Shown piece after piece: positions 1 to 8,808 of a DNA stretch of 64,000 nt. The stretch spans positions 4,042-68,041 of the forward strand of contig CAYFSW010000124.1 in the NCBI GenBank assembly GCA_964345885.1. The letters are read 5' to 3'. A program made the position numbers and the translations under genes. Below the pieces are notes generated by a model. That model saw nothing but the letters and a program-made list of their open reading frames with translations, was not told where the DNA came from and searched no databases. The DNA comes from an uncultured Gemmatimonadota bacterium. GTDB taxonomy: Bacteria > Gemmatimonadota > Gemmatimonadetes > Palauibacterales > KS3-K002. The stretch's first letter is position 1, and each line of letters begins with the position of its first letter.

Positions 1-327
1 GAAGGTAAGTGCGTATTCCTGAATGCCGAGGGGTTGTGCGTTCTCCAGGCGCTGGAGCCGCAACTCGGCCTAGCGGAGGGCGAGCGGCTGAAGCCGTTCT
101 ATTGCAGGCTGTTCCCGCTGGTGACGTCGTGTGATCTCCTGGAGTTCGACGATTTGTGTGACGGGGTTCGGCCCTGTTGTACGCTGGCGTCGGACGGGGC
201 GACGTCCGCGATCGACGCCTATGCGTATGAGTTCAAGGAGGTGCTGGGCGCGAGCGGCTACGAAGAGTTGCGTCGGCGGGCGGAGGAACTGGGGACGGAG
301 CAAGCCGCGACGCGGTCGGGCGGCTAG
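1..327 (+). CDS. YkgJ-family Fe-S/zinc cysteine-cluster protein; N-terminus lies outside the window
   Basis: The reading frame is open from nt 1 (EGKCVFLNAEGLCVLQ...) and shows the YkgJ-type signature: a cysteine-rich run then KPFYCRLFPL (the CxIYxxRPxxCRxYP-like motif). The ORF-track M at 34 is internal. Confidence 0.45.
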   Translation, partial: EGKCVFLNAEGLCVLQALEPQLGLAEGERLKPFYCRLFPLVTSCDLLEFDDLCDGVRPCCTLASDGATSAIDAYAYEFKEVLGASGYEELRRRAEELGTEQAATRSGG

Positions 328-725
328 CCGGCAGCGACGACCTGAAGGCCCACCTTTCTGACCCTGGGGCCATCGAACTCGGCTAGGAAGACGGCCTGCC
401 AGGTCCCCAGGACGATATCGCCGTCCGCCACGAGCAGCGTGGCCCCTGGGTTGATCAGGCTCGTCTTCACATGAGAGTCCGAGTTGCCTTCGGCGTGTCG
501 GTAGGCGGCCTCAGCGTGGGGTACGAGTTCGCCGAGTTTCCAGGCGATATCCCGAGCGACGTTTGGGTCGGCACCTTCGTTTACCGTCAGCCCGCAGGTC
601 GTGTGGAACGACCAGAGGTGTGCCACGCCCTCGTTGACGCCTGCGCGGCGCACCGCCTCGCGGACCTGTCCGGTGATCTCCACCAGTTCCTCGCGACTCG
701 AGGTCCGGATCTCAAGAGTCTCCAT
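324..725 (-). CDS. YjbQ/UPF0047 family protein (secondary thiamine-phosphate synthase-like)
   Basis: The C-terminal 133 aa of ORF 324..866 (METLEIRTSSREELVEITGQV...HVKTSLINPGATLLV...GTWQAVFLAEFDGPR) match the UPF0047 pattern. ATG was verified at 725 (cat at 723-725). The upstream 47 aa are low-complexity and overlap tatA. Confidence 0.7.
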   Translation of the reverse strand: METLEIRTSSREELVEITGQVREAVRRAGVNEGVAHLWSFHTTCGLTVNEGADPNVARDIAWKLGELVPHAEAAYRHAEGNSDSHVKTSLINPGATLLVADGDIVLGTWQAVFLAEFDGPRVRKVGLQVVAAG

Positions 726-1068
726 ACGGGGCGGTCTTCTCCTCTGAGCTCGTGTCCTGGCTCGCGCTGGCGTCGGCCCCCTCCGGGGTTTCCGGTTCGT
801 CGGAAGCGGGGGCGGATTCGGCGCTTTCGGGGTCCGGCGCGAAGAACTCGGTCGGGTGGGGTGCAATGCGCTTCAGTTCGGGTCCCGTGTCCGCCTCCTT
901 GCTCGCCTGGGCGATCTCCGACTTGACCTCGTTCAGCGCCTTCTGGAACTCGCGCAGGCTCTTGCCGATCGCCTGTGCGATCCCGGGCAACCGTCGTGGC
1001 CCGAAGAAGATCAGGGCGAAGGCGAGTATTAGGATGAACTCTGCCCAGCCGATATTGCCTATACCCAT
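712..1068 (-). CDS. tatA: Twin-arginine translocase subunit TatA/E
   Basis: MGIGNIGWAEFILILAFALIFFGPRRLPGIAQAIGKSLREFQKA is the canonical TatA N-terminal TM helix plus amphipathic helix, followed by an acidic tail. ATG verified at 1066-1068. Confidence 0.85.
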   Translation of the reverse strand: MGIGNIGWAEFILILAFALIFFGPRRLPGIAQAIGKSLREFQKALNEVKSEIAQASKEADTGPELKRIAPHPTEFFAPDPESAESAPASDEPETPEGADASASQDTSSEEKTAPYGDS

Positions 1069-1120
1069 GCGACCATGCTGCTGCTAAAGGTTCGCGTTGT
1101 GTGGGACCGAGTAAATATAG

Positions 1121-1280
1121 GGCGTCGGGTCGGAATTGGGGATTCAGGGGTTCAGGGAGTCAGGGATTCGGGGAGTAGGGAATGGGAACGCCGGCAATCC
1201 GTGGCATCCGTGGTATCGGGGACTTGGGGATTCCCGGAATCCCAGAATCTCCGAATCCCGAACTCTCAACCCCCCGGTTC
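1121..1280. repeat. Intergenic palindromic repeat, family R copy 1 (GGGATTC/GGAATCC-rich)
   Basis: gggaattggggattcaggggttcagggagtcagggattcgggga ... ccgtggcatccgtggtatcgggga ... gattcccggaatcccagaatctccgaatcccg. Shares the CCGTGG(N)ATCCGTGG(N)ATCGGGGA core with the copies at 52170 and 55147. Confidence 0.55.
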
Positions 1281-2366
1281 CCAAGCGCAGAAGGGGTCCG
1301 ACTCCATGACGTCGCCGGTCATGCCGTAGGCCCGGGCCCGCGAGCCGCCGCACATCCAGCGGAATTCACAGCGTCCGCACTTCCCTTTCAGCCGGTCCAT
1401 GTCGCGCAGCTCGGCCAGCTGTGGCGAGTTCCTGTAGATGGAGGAAAGCGGCTCGTCACGGACATTGCCGAGTGTGGGGTGAGGCAGGAAGCCTGCCGGG
1501 TAGACCTCGCCCTTGTGGGAGACGAAGATGACGCCGTTCCCGTCTCGCACGCCGAATCCCATGCGCATGGCCAGCTTCTCGATCTCGGCCCGGGGCATCC
1601 CCTCCTCGAGCTTTCGCTGCAGCCAGTATCGGCGGTAGTGCGGTGCCTCCACCGTACCGACGTGGAACGGCGCGTCGGCGGCGGTCTCGTACACCCAGGC
1701 GCAGAGCTCTTCCATGTCCTGCGCCGAGGGGATCCCCAGCTCTTGGCCGCGTCCCACCGGCACCAGCATGAAAAGGCTCCAGCGCCGGACCGGCGGGGCG
1801 TATTCGGAGCTCAGCAGTCCGAACATCTCCGGTAGGTGCGGCAAGGTCTCGGTTGTGACCGTCGTGTTCACCTGGACCGGGATACCGAATTCGCGCGCCC
1901 AGCCCAACGCGTTCATCGAGTTGGCGAACGTCCCGGTCACCCTGCGGAAAGAGTCGTGGACCTGCTCGGTCGGGCCGTCCAGGCTCGTCCCCATGGCGGA
2001 TACGCCCAGCTCTTTGAATTTCTCGACCACATCACGGGTCAGGGTGGGCGTCGTGCTGGGCGTTATGCTGACGGGTAAACCGATCTGGCGTCCGTAAGCG
2101 ATCAGATCGAAGAGATCGGGCCGCTTCATCGGGTCGCCACCGGTGAGGATGATCATGCTCCCCATCTCTTTGACGTCCCGCAGCAGCGCTTGGCCCTCCT
2201 CGGTGGAGAGCTCGAGCGGGTCCCGGTGTGGGATCGCCGAGGCGCGGCAATGGATGCAGTCCAGGTCGCAAGCGATGGTCATCTCCCAGTAGACGTTCCG
2301 CGGCGCGTGCTGGAAAACGTACCCCGGATAGTCGGTCTTTTTGACGAGTTCTGCTTTCAGGCCCAT
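1266..2366 (-). CDS. Radical SAM protein with C-terminal SPASM/twitch domain
   Basis: CDLDCIHC is the CxxxCxxC motif near the N-terminus, followed by IILTGGDP. The C-terminus has an extra Cys cluster (CGRCEFRWMCGG...FCAWEP). Length 366 aa. Confidence 0.8.
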   Translation of the reverse strand: MGLKAELVKKTDYPGYVFQHAPRNVYWEMTIACDLDCIHCRASAIPHRDPLELSTEEGQALLRDVKEMGSMIILTGGDPMKRPDLFDLIAYGRQIGLPVSITPSTTPTLTRDVVEKFKELGVSAMGTSLDGPTEQVHDSFRRVTGTFANSMNALGWAREFGIPVQVNTTVTTETLPHLPEMFGLLSSEYAPPVRRWSLFMLVPVGRGQELGIPSAQDMEELCAWVYETAADAPFHVGTVEAPHYRRYWLQRKLEEGMPRAEIEKLAMRMGFGVRDGNGVIFVSHKGEVYPAGFLPHPTLGNVRDEPLSSIYRNSPQLAELRDMDRLKGKCGRCEFRWMCGGSRARAYGMTGDVMESDPFCAWEPGG

Positions 2367-2507
2367 TGTTCGGTAGCCGGTGGCCGGTAGTCGGCAATCG
2401 GTGGTCGCTGAGCTGTGGTGGGATAGGCACCACTGATCACCGATTACTGATCACCGATCACTTTCCGCAACAGGGCACCAAAAATACAAGAAACCCCGGA
2501 TTTTGCC

Positions 2508-3038
2508 ATGCAACAGGAGACGCTCCCCTTGACCGTCGGGGAATCGCCGCTCGACGAGGCGCGGCCGGTGAGTGGCTCGCGGCAGACGATGACCCACTTG
2601 GCCTCGCCGATCGATGTCAATCTCCGCGGCTCGGTGTTCGGCGGTGTGATCCTGGCTCTAGTGGACAAGATCGCCTACGTGTGTGCCACGCGGCATGCCG
2701 ACTGCCCGACGGTGACGGCGTCGTTCGATCAGGTGGACTTCCGCGCACCGATCGACATCGGCGAGATCGTGACGCTCCAGGCGTCGGTCAACTACGTTGG
2801 GCGTACCTCGCTGGAGATCGGCGTGCGTGTCACGGCGGAATCGGTGACGGGCGGCGCCCCGCGCCACACCAACTCGTGCTACGTAACGATGGTGGCGCTG
2901 GACGAGGGGGGTAAGCCACAGCCGGTGCCGAAGTTGATAATCGAGGACGAGGTGCAATTGCGGCGCTATCAGGACGCGCTGGAGCGGCGGAAGGCACGGC
3001 TATCCTTGGCAGAGGAGAGACGAAAGCGGAGGCGCTGA
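2508..3038 (+). CDS. Acyl-CoA thioesterase (hotdog fold, YciA-like)
   Basis: ASPIDVNLRGSVFGGVILALVDKIAYVCATRH...VTASFDQVDFRAPIDIGEIV shows the typical hotdog thioesterase motifs. Confidence 0.75.
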   Translation: MQQETLPLTVGESPLDEARPVSGSRQTMTHLASPIDVNLRGSVFGGVILALVDKIAYVCATRHADCPTVTASFDQVDFRAPIDIGEIVTLQASVNYVGRTSLEIGVRVTAESVTGGAPRHTNSCYVTMVALDEGGKPQPVPKLIIEDEVQLRRYQDALERRKARLSLAEERRKRRR

Positions 3039-3039
3039 T

Positions 3040-3229
3040 TTCAATATCCATTATCCGACATCCATTGATCAGATGTTCAAGGTCTATTCAGCTGTCGGGT
3101 GCCGAGTCCCAATATCCAAAGGACAGTAGCGCATCCGACAGGTCGTACTTGTTCGCATGGGCGTCGGATATTGAGACCTGATACTCGAATAACCCTCGAG
3201 ATATGGTCGATGGATGTCCGATATTGAAT
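3040..3229. mobile_element. MITE-like element, copy A of the TIR family (no ORF)
   Basis: Left end ttcaatatccattatccgacatccattgatcagatgttcaagg, right end ggatgtccgatattgaa. Same ends and internal acctgaYactcga box as the copies at 11935, 12743, 21806 and 27528. It starts 1 bp after the thioesterase stop codon. Confidence 0.6.
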
Positions 3230-3270
3230 GTCGAGGATGGCGCGAGGCGAAGCCGAGCGTCCGCTCTTAC

Positions 3271-3828
3271 CTAGTGGACCCCGCCCTGCAGCGCCTTCAC
3301 TACATCGGAGCCGTAGAAGACCTCGATGTACTTCGCCTGGATGTCCGTGACCCTACGGACCGCCCAGACCAGCTCGACGTGGTTGGGCTCGGTGGCCGGA
3401 TGGAGAGGCCTCATCCTGGCTTCCTCGGGCGTGCGATTCCCCTTCCTGTGATTGCAGCGCGTGCAAGCCGTGAGCACGTTGTCCCAGGTGTTGTCACCGC
3501 CGCGGCACAACGGTAGCAGGTGATCCCGGGTGAGGAACTCGCGGTGCCCGAGTTCGCGGCGGTGCCGCCCGCAGTATTGGCAGGTGTAGTGGTCGCGGGC
3601 GAACAGGAAAGTATTGGTCACATGGCGCCGGAAACGCCGCGGGACGTGCACGTACCTGACCAGGCGGATGACGACGGGGGCCGGAAAGACCAGGCTTTCC
3701 GACCTGAAGAATCGCGACTCGTCGACCTCTAGGGCCTCGGCCTTTCGGTCGATGACCAGGCGTAAGGCTCGCCGCAAGGGGACGATCGTGAGCGGTTCGT
3801 AGGACGCGTTGAGCGTCAGACACCCCAT
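3271..3828 (-). CDS. HNH endonuclease (McrA-like)
   Basis: CQYCGRH...DHLLPLCRGGDNTWDNVLTACTRCNHRKGN is an HNH motif with two Cys pairs. Confidence 0.8.
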   Translation of the reverse strand: MGCLTLNASYEPLTIVPLRRALRLVIDRKAEALEVDESRFFRSESLVFPAPVVIRLVRYVHVPRRFRRHVTNTFLFARDHYTCQYCGRHRRELGHREFLTRDHLLPLCRGGDNTWDNVLTACTRCNHRKGNRTPEEARMRPLHPATEPNHVELVWAVRRVTDIQAKYIEVFYGSDVVKALQGGVH

Positions 3829-4024
3829 GACTTCACATTGCCCTTTCAGGACGCACGAGGAGAGTGCTGATACTTGTCGGGCGGGCCACGTTTGTCAAGG
3901 ACGGGACGGCCGCCCGCCCGCCGGGGAAGTCCCTGGTATCACAGGCATTGGCCATGCCCGTCTAATGTTAGACACCAGGTGGCTGCGAATGTGCCAATTC
4001 CGGGTCGGGAACGCCGCGCGCCGG

Positions 4025-4396
4025 CTAGCGGTCGCGCATCTCGATGGGCTGGACGGGGTACTCGACGTGGAAGTAATGCCGGGAGCTTTCGTGGTGCAGA
4101 TGGATGTGGACCACGATGACACCGTCGGTCGTCTCACGGTTGAAGCGGCTCACCACGACGCTCTTGGAGAGGCTGACCGTACCCAGGTCGGCGATATCCT
4201 CCGGGTACTCCATGTGGTCGGCAAAGTAAGCCTCACACATGGTGATCAGATTGTGCAGGTCCTCTACGGCGGCGGCGTCGTATGCCCGCTCTCTAGCCCG
4301 GCTGTACTTGGGCATGGCGATAACCGCGAGCAGCCCGATGATGAGGATGACGACGAGTAGTTCGATCAGCGTGAAGCCGCGTCGGCTGGTCAGCAT
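4025..4396 (-). CDS. Prepilin-type N-terminal cleavage/methylation domain protein (type IV pilin or pseudopilin-like)
   Basis: MLTSRRGFTLIELLVVILIIGLLAVIAMP is a class III signal. ATG verified at 4394-4396. The upstream 17 aa of the ORF-track call were dropped. Confidence 0.7.
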   Translation of the reverse strand: MLTSRRGFTLIELLVVILIIGLLAVIAMPKYSRARERAYDAAAVEDLHNLITMCEAYFADHMEYPEDIADLGTVSLSKSVVVSRFNRETTDGVIVVHIHLHHESSRHYFHVEYPVQPIEMRDR

Positions 4397-4608
4397 GGTC
4401 TTGACTCCGCTACATCTACGCTCGCACGCTCGGCCGGGCCGCAGCACGGCGCAGGCCGGCGGAGCGTGGAGGGTGAAACCCCGGCACCCGGCTACTCTTA
4501 ACTATCTGTCCTGCAGATAGTTACGGAAAAACGCGGGCGGGTGGCGGCAGGATGCAGTGCCGCCGACGCGTTGCATTGGGAACACCGGCAATCTAAGTGC
4601 CTCCGCCC

Positions 4609-7083
4609 CTAAAGCAAGTTTACGGGATCCCGGTCGATTTCGAGCCGCAGGTCGCCAGCGGGGCGGTCGAAGTGGGTGGCGAAGTAGGCGAGCACGCGGC
4701 CCAGCGCCCTGCTGTCGTTTGACTTGAGGACGAGGTGCCAACGCCAGCGACGGCGGATACGATCGATGGGGCAAGGGGCGGGGCCCAACAGGTCGACCGG
4801 CTCGATCCCGCGTGTTTCGAGGAGTCCCAGTAGCCAGCTCGCCGCTGTGTCTGCCGCCTCCTGGACCTTCACCTCGTCCCTGGCGGAGACGACGAGGTTG
4901 GCGAGGCGGTTGTGCGGCGGGTAGAGGGGCCCGGCACGCTCTTCGAGCTCCCGAACCGCGAAGCCGTCGTAGTCGTGAGTGACGGCGAAGCGGATGGCGT
5001 AGTGCTCCGGCAGCGAGGTCTGGATTATTACGTCGCCGCCGGCCGGTCCGCGGCCGGCGCGGCCCGCCACCTGGGTGAGGAGCTGGAAGGTCCGTTCGCT
5101 AGCACGGAAGTCTGGCAGGTTGAGGCCGACGTCAGCGTTGATGACTCCGACCAGGGTCACGTTGGGGAAATCGAGCCCCTTGGCAATCATCTGGGTGCCC
5201 AGCAGGATGTCCACCTCACGCCGTTCCACGCGCCCCAGTATCTCATGGTGGGACCACTTGGCGCTCGTCGTGTCCACGTCCATGCGGGCGATCCGGGCAC
5301 CGGCGAACGCCTCGCCGATCACCCGCTCGACCTGCTCGGTTCCGACGCCCCTATGGCTCAGGTTCGTAGAGCCGCAGTCGGGACACGCCTCCGGCACCGG
5401 TTCGTGGTGGTTACAGTAGTGGCACACGAGACGTGCTGGTCGCCGATGTTGGGTGAGCGACACGTTGCACCCGGGACAGCTACGCACAGCACCGCAGTCG
5501 CGGCATTGGGTGAAGTTCGCGTAGCCGCGCCGGTTCAGTAATAGGATCGCCTGCTCGCCGCGCCGCAGCCGCTCCTCGAGAGCGTCTTGCAGGGCAGGTG
5601 CCAGGACCAGCGGTCCGCTTGGTGTCTTACTGGGCTCTGCAGCGCGGGCTTGGCGCTCCGCCCGCAGGTCGATGATCTGCACGGCCGGCAACGGGCGCGC
5701 GCCGATCCGCTCCGGCAACTCGATGAGCTCCCACTTGCCCGACTTGATGTTGGACCAGCTCTCCAGCGATGGGGTCGCCGACCCTAGGAGGCAGAGGGCG
5801 CCCGCTCGGTGCGCCCGCATCGCCGCTAGTTCCCGGGCGTGGTAGCGGGGCGACGGGTCACTTTGCTTGTAGGAAGGCTCGTGTTCCTCATCGATGACTA
5901 TGGCGCCGAGGTCGCGGACAGGTGCGAAGACGGCAGAGCGGGCGCCGATCACTACCCGCTTGGCCCCGTCGCGCAGAGCGCGCCAGGCGGCGTAACGCTC
6001 GCCGTCGCTCAGCGCCGAGTGCAGCAGAGCGACGTCGTCGCCGAACGCGGCGCGGAACCGACTCAGGGTCTGTGGCGTCAGCGAGATCTCGGGCACCAGC
6101 AGGATGGCACCCCGTCCGCGGTTCGACACCAGCTCCCGAAGCAGCTCGATGTAGACCAGCGTTTTACCGGAACCGGTCACGCCTTTGAGAACGAAGACGC
6201 CCGGCTGAGGGCGCTGGCTGGCTTCGACGAGACGCCGGATCGCCGCCGCCTGAGCTTCGGTGGGTTCATGCGACGTGCCGTCGACGGGGAGGTCGGCAAA
6301 AGGATCGACCTCCGCTTCCTCGGCGCGCACCTCGGCAACGCTCTTGTCCACCAGGCCCTGGACCACCGAGCGGCTGATCCCCAGCCGCGCGCTCAGATGG
6401 GCCACTTCGGAACGGCCGCCCACGGTCTCCAAGTACTCGTACAGCTCCCGCTGGCGCCGCGCGCGCCCGAAGATCTCGTCTCGCTCCTGTAGGCTGAGTA
6501 GCTCGCGTGTCAGCGACACGACCTGCCGCGTTCGGGGTCGCTGCTCCACCGCCGGGGCTTCACGCTCCACCGCCACCAGGTCCTTGGCGGCCAGCCCCTC
6601 CGCCGTCCGCGCCCAGGGGCCGGGCCCGAGTGCCTTGCGGACGCCGCTCAGTCTGACGGGGCCCTTGCGCCGCTCGAGGTGTTCCAGGAGGGTCTGCTCG
6701 GTCCGGGTCAGGCCCTCGGCCTTCACCTCCCGCCGCCGTGCCAGCAGGTCCGCCGACTCGGCGGTGAGCCGTGACGGCAGAGCGGCCCTCAGGGTTAGCC
6801 CCAGCGGCGCCACGTAGTAGTCCGCGACCCACCGGCACAGGCTCATCAGCTCATCGTCGAGCACCGGCTGTGGATCGGGGGCGTCGAGGACGTCCCGCAC
6901 GGTGGCAGGAAGCTCGTGCAGGCCGCTCTCCAGCTGGTTCACCCAACCCGTGAGTTGCAGGCGCCCGAACGGCACGACCACTCGGCTGCCGGGCGCGATC
7001 TCTTCGGCCAGGCTCTCAGGTACCCGGTAGAGGAAGGTCCGATATAGCGGTCGGGGGACCGCGACGTGCGCGAATAGTGTCAC
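4609..7083 (-). CDS. priA: Primosomal protein N' (replication restart helicase PriA)
   Basis: 824 aa. Walker A GVTGSGKT, DEEH box (IVIDEEHE), and the PriA Cys-rich zinc-binding insert CRDCGAVRSCPGCNVSLTQH...CHYCNHHEPVPEACPDCGS. Confidence 0.95.
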   Translation of the reverse strand: MTLFAHVAVPRPLYRTFLYRVPESLAEEIAPGSRVVVPFGRLQLTGWVNQLESGLHELPATVRDVLDAPDPQPVLDDELMSLCRWVADYYVAPLGLTLRAALPSRLTAESADLLARRREVKAEGLTRTEQTLLEHLERRKGPVRLSGVRKALGPGPWARTAEGLAAKDLVAVEREAPAVEQRPRTRQVVSLTRELLSLQERDEIFGRARRQRELYEYLETVGGRSEVAHLSARLGISRSVVQGLVDKSVAEVRAEEAEVDPFADLPVDGTSHEPTEAQAAAIRRLVEASQRPQPGVFVLKGVTGSGKTLVYIELLRELVSNRGRGAILLVPEISLTPQTLSRFRAAFGDDVALLHSALSDGERYAAWRALRDGAKRVVIGARSAVFAPVRDLGAIVIDEEHEPSYKQSDPSPRYHARELAAMRAHRAGALCLLGSATPSLESWSNIKSGKWELIELPERIGARPLPAVQIIDLRAERQARAAEPSKTPSGPLVLAPALQDALEERLRRGEQAILLLNRRGYANFTQCRDCGAVRSCPGCNVSLTQHRRPARLVCHYCNHHEPVPEACPDCGSTNLSHRGVGTEQVERVIGEAFAGARIARMDVDTTSAKWSHHEILGRVERREVDILLGTQMIAKGLDFPNVTLVGVINADVGLNLPDFRASERTFQLLTQVAGRAGRGPAGGDVIIQTSLPEHYAIRFAVTHDYDGFAVRELEERAGPLYPPHNRLANLVVSARDEVKVQEAADTAASWLLGLLETRGIEPVDLLGPAPCPIDRIRRRWRWHLVLKSNDSRALGRVLAYFATHFDRPAGDLRLEIDRDPVNLL

Positions 7084-8108
7084 CGCCGAAAAACGCCCAG
7101 GCCGGGCTCAGCGCTCAGGTGCACCCGCCCCCGAGCTATACTGATCCCGGTGAAAGGATCGTTGGCCAGCAGGGCGGCGCCGTCCAGGTCGGCGAAGTCG
7201 ACCAGCGGTGCGAGCTGCGCCGCCGCGGCGATCCCCAGCGAAGTCTCGACCATACAGCCAAGCATAACGGAAAGACTATGAGAGCGCGCAGCGTGGATCA
7301 TGCGCAGCGCCTCCAAGATCCCTCCGCACTTCGCCAGCTTGATGTTGATCCCGTCCACGGCGCCGACGAGCCGCGGGATGTCCGTGGCCCGCACGCACGA
7401 CTCGTCGGCGATGATCGGAATGGGCGAGCGTTCGCGCACGAAGCGCAGCCCATCGATGTCGTGCGCCGCCACCGGCTGCTCGATGAGCTCGAGATCGAAG
7501 CTCTCCAGTGCCTCGATCCGCGACACCGCCTGCTTTGGGTCCCAGGCCGTATTCGCGTCGACGCGCAGGCGCACATCCGGCGCCTCCTCCCGAACGATCG
7601 ACAGGATCTCCTCGTCTTGGTCGGTGCCGACCTTCACCTTCAAGATCGGGAACTCGTCCACCACCGCCTCGCGCACCTTCTGGCGCACAACCTCGGGCTC
7701 GTCGATCCCTATGGTGAAGCTCGTCCATGGGGCACGACTCGCATCGAGCCCCAACAGCCGATGCACCGGTACACCGAGCCGCTTCCCCATCAGGTCATAG
7801 AGTGCCGAGACGATGGCAGCGCGGGCGGACGACGATCCACCCAGATCGTCAAGGCAGGCGGCTTCGATCTCCTGGAGGGCGAACGGATCGCGTGCCACCT
7901 CCAGCACGCGCCTGTAGCCTTCGAGAGCAGCGCAGACGGTATCCGCCGTCTCTCCGTAGTAGGGTGAGGGGTCGGCCTCACCCCAGCCGCTCGGCCCACC
8001 CTCCTCGGTCAGACGTAGCCAGACGGCGCAACGCTCGGTATGGCCGGCCCGCGCGATGGTGAAGCGATGTTTGGTGTGGAGAGGTACGACCTCGTATTCG
8101 AGCTTCAC
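7080..8108 (-). CDS. Dipeptide epimerase (L-Ala-D/L-Glu epimerase-like, enolase superfamily)
   Basis: KVKVGTDQDEEI...RVDANTAWD...ELIEQP...IIADES are the enolase-superfamily metal ligands and catalytic Lys. The start was taken as GTG at 8106-8108, just after the upstream stop. The stop overlaps the priA ATG (ATGA). Confidence 0.75.
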   Translation of the reverse strand: MKLEYEVVPLHTKHRFTIARAGHTERCAVWLRLTEEGGPSGWGEADPSPYYGETADTVCAALEGYRRVLEVARDPFALQEIEAACLDDLGGSSSARAAIVSALYDLMGKRLGVPVHRLLGLDASRAPWTSFTIGIDEPEVVRQKVREAVVDEFPILKVKVGTDQDEEILSIVREEAPDVRLRVDANTAWDPKQAVSRIEALESFDLELIEQPVAAHDIDGLRFVRERSPIPIIADESCVRATDIPRLVGAVDGINIKLAKCGGILEALRMIHAARSHSLSVMLGCMVETSLGIAAAAQLAPLVDFADLDGAALLANDPFTGISIARGRVHLSAEPGLGVFRR

Positions 8109-8109
8109 C

Positions 8110-8808
8110 CTATTCTCCGGGCTTCTCCCGGGGGAAGAAGGCGACCCTGACGAAGTCGTAGGGCGGCCAGGGGCCGGTGAGATCGAACTGGAACTCGGGA
8201 TGATCGGCATCGAGCTCGTCGGCGTACTCGACGAAGCTGACCCAATCGGCCCGGCTCACCAGGAAGGCCGCCGACAGAACGCGCCTGCCTTCGGCCGGGA
8301 GCGTGAAGGCGGCTCGCGATCGGCGGCGCAGAGCCGTATAGAAGCTTGCCGCCTGGTCCGCCAGGTCGCCTTCGCTGACGTCGGGCCGTCTTCCCGACGG
8401 CTGGATATGAAGTCGCATCTCGAACGCGCCGTCCAGAAAGGACAGCGCCTCATCGAAGGCGACGTGCTGGTCCTCGAGGAACTCGATGATGTGCTCTCTA
8501 TCCCGAAAGACGATCCCGTACGGGGCGGGAACGATCGTCGCCCGACGCATGGCGCGCTCGATAGTGGCGCTGTGCTGCTGGATGAGCTCCCTATTCCAAT
8601 CGGGGAGCCGGTAGGGGACCGTGCGGACGAGCGCCGCCATGCCGCGATGCTCGATCAGGTCGTCATCGCCCGCCGAACCGATGAGCTTGGCGAGTGCGCG
8701 CTCGTGGCCGCGGGCTCGCACGACCCCGTGGAGCAGTAGACCCTGTTGCTCGGCGGGCTGCGGCTCGTCTTGCTCGTCAGCCGTCACAGGTTGCTCGACC
8801 TCTCCCAT
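8110..8808 (-). CDS. GvpL/GvpF family protein (gas-vesicle-associated fold), orphan
   Basis: N-terminal LLLHGVVRA resembles the LYLYGIV start of GvpF/L. The C-terminus FQFDLTGPWPPYDFV matches the conserved GvpF/L end. Length 232 aa. Confidence 0.5.
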   Translation of the reverse strand: MGEVEQPVTADEQDEPQPAEQQGLLLHGVVRARGHERALAKLIGSAGDDDLIEHRGMAALVRTVPYRLPDWNRELIQQHSATIERAMRRATIVPAPYGIVFRDREHIIEFLEDQHVAFDEALSFLDGAFEMRLHIQPSGRRPDVSEGDLADQAASFYTALRRRSRAAFTLPAEGRRVLSAAFLVSRADWVSFVEYADELDADHPEFQFDLTGPWPPYDFVRVAFFPREKPGE

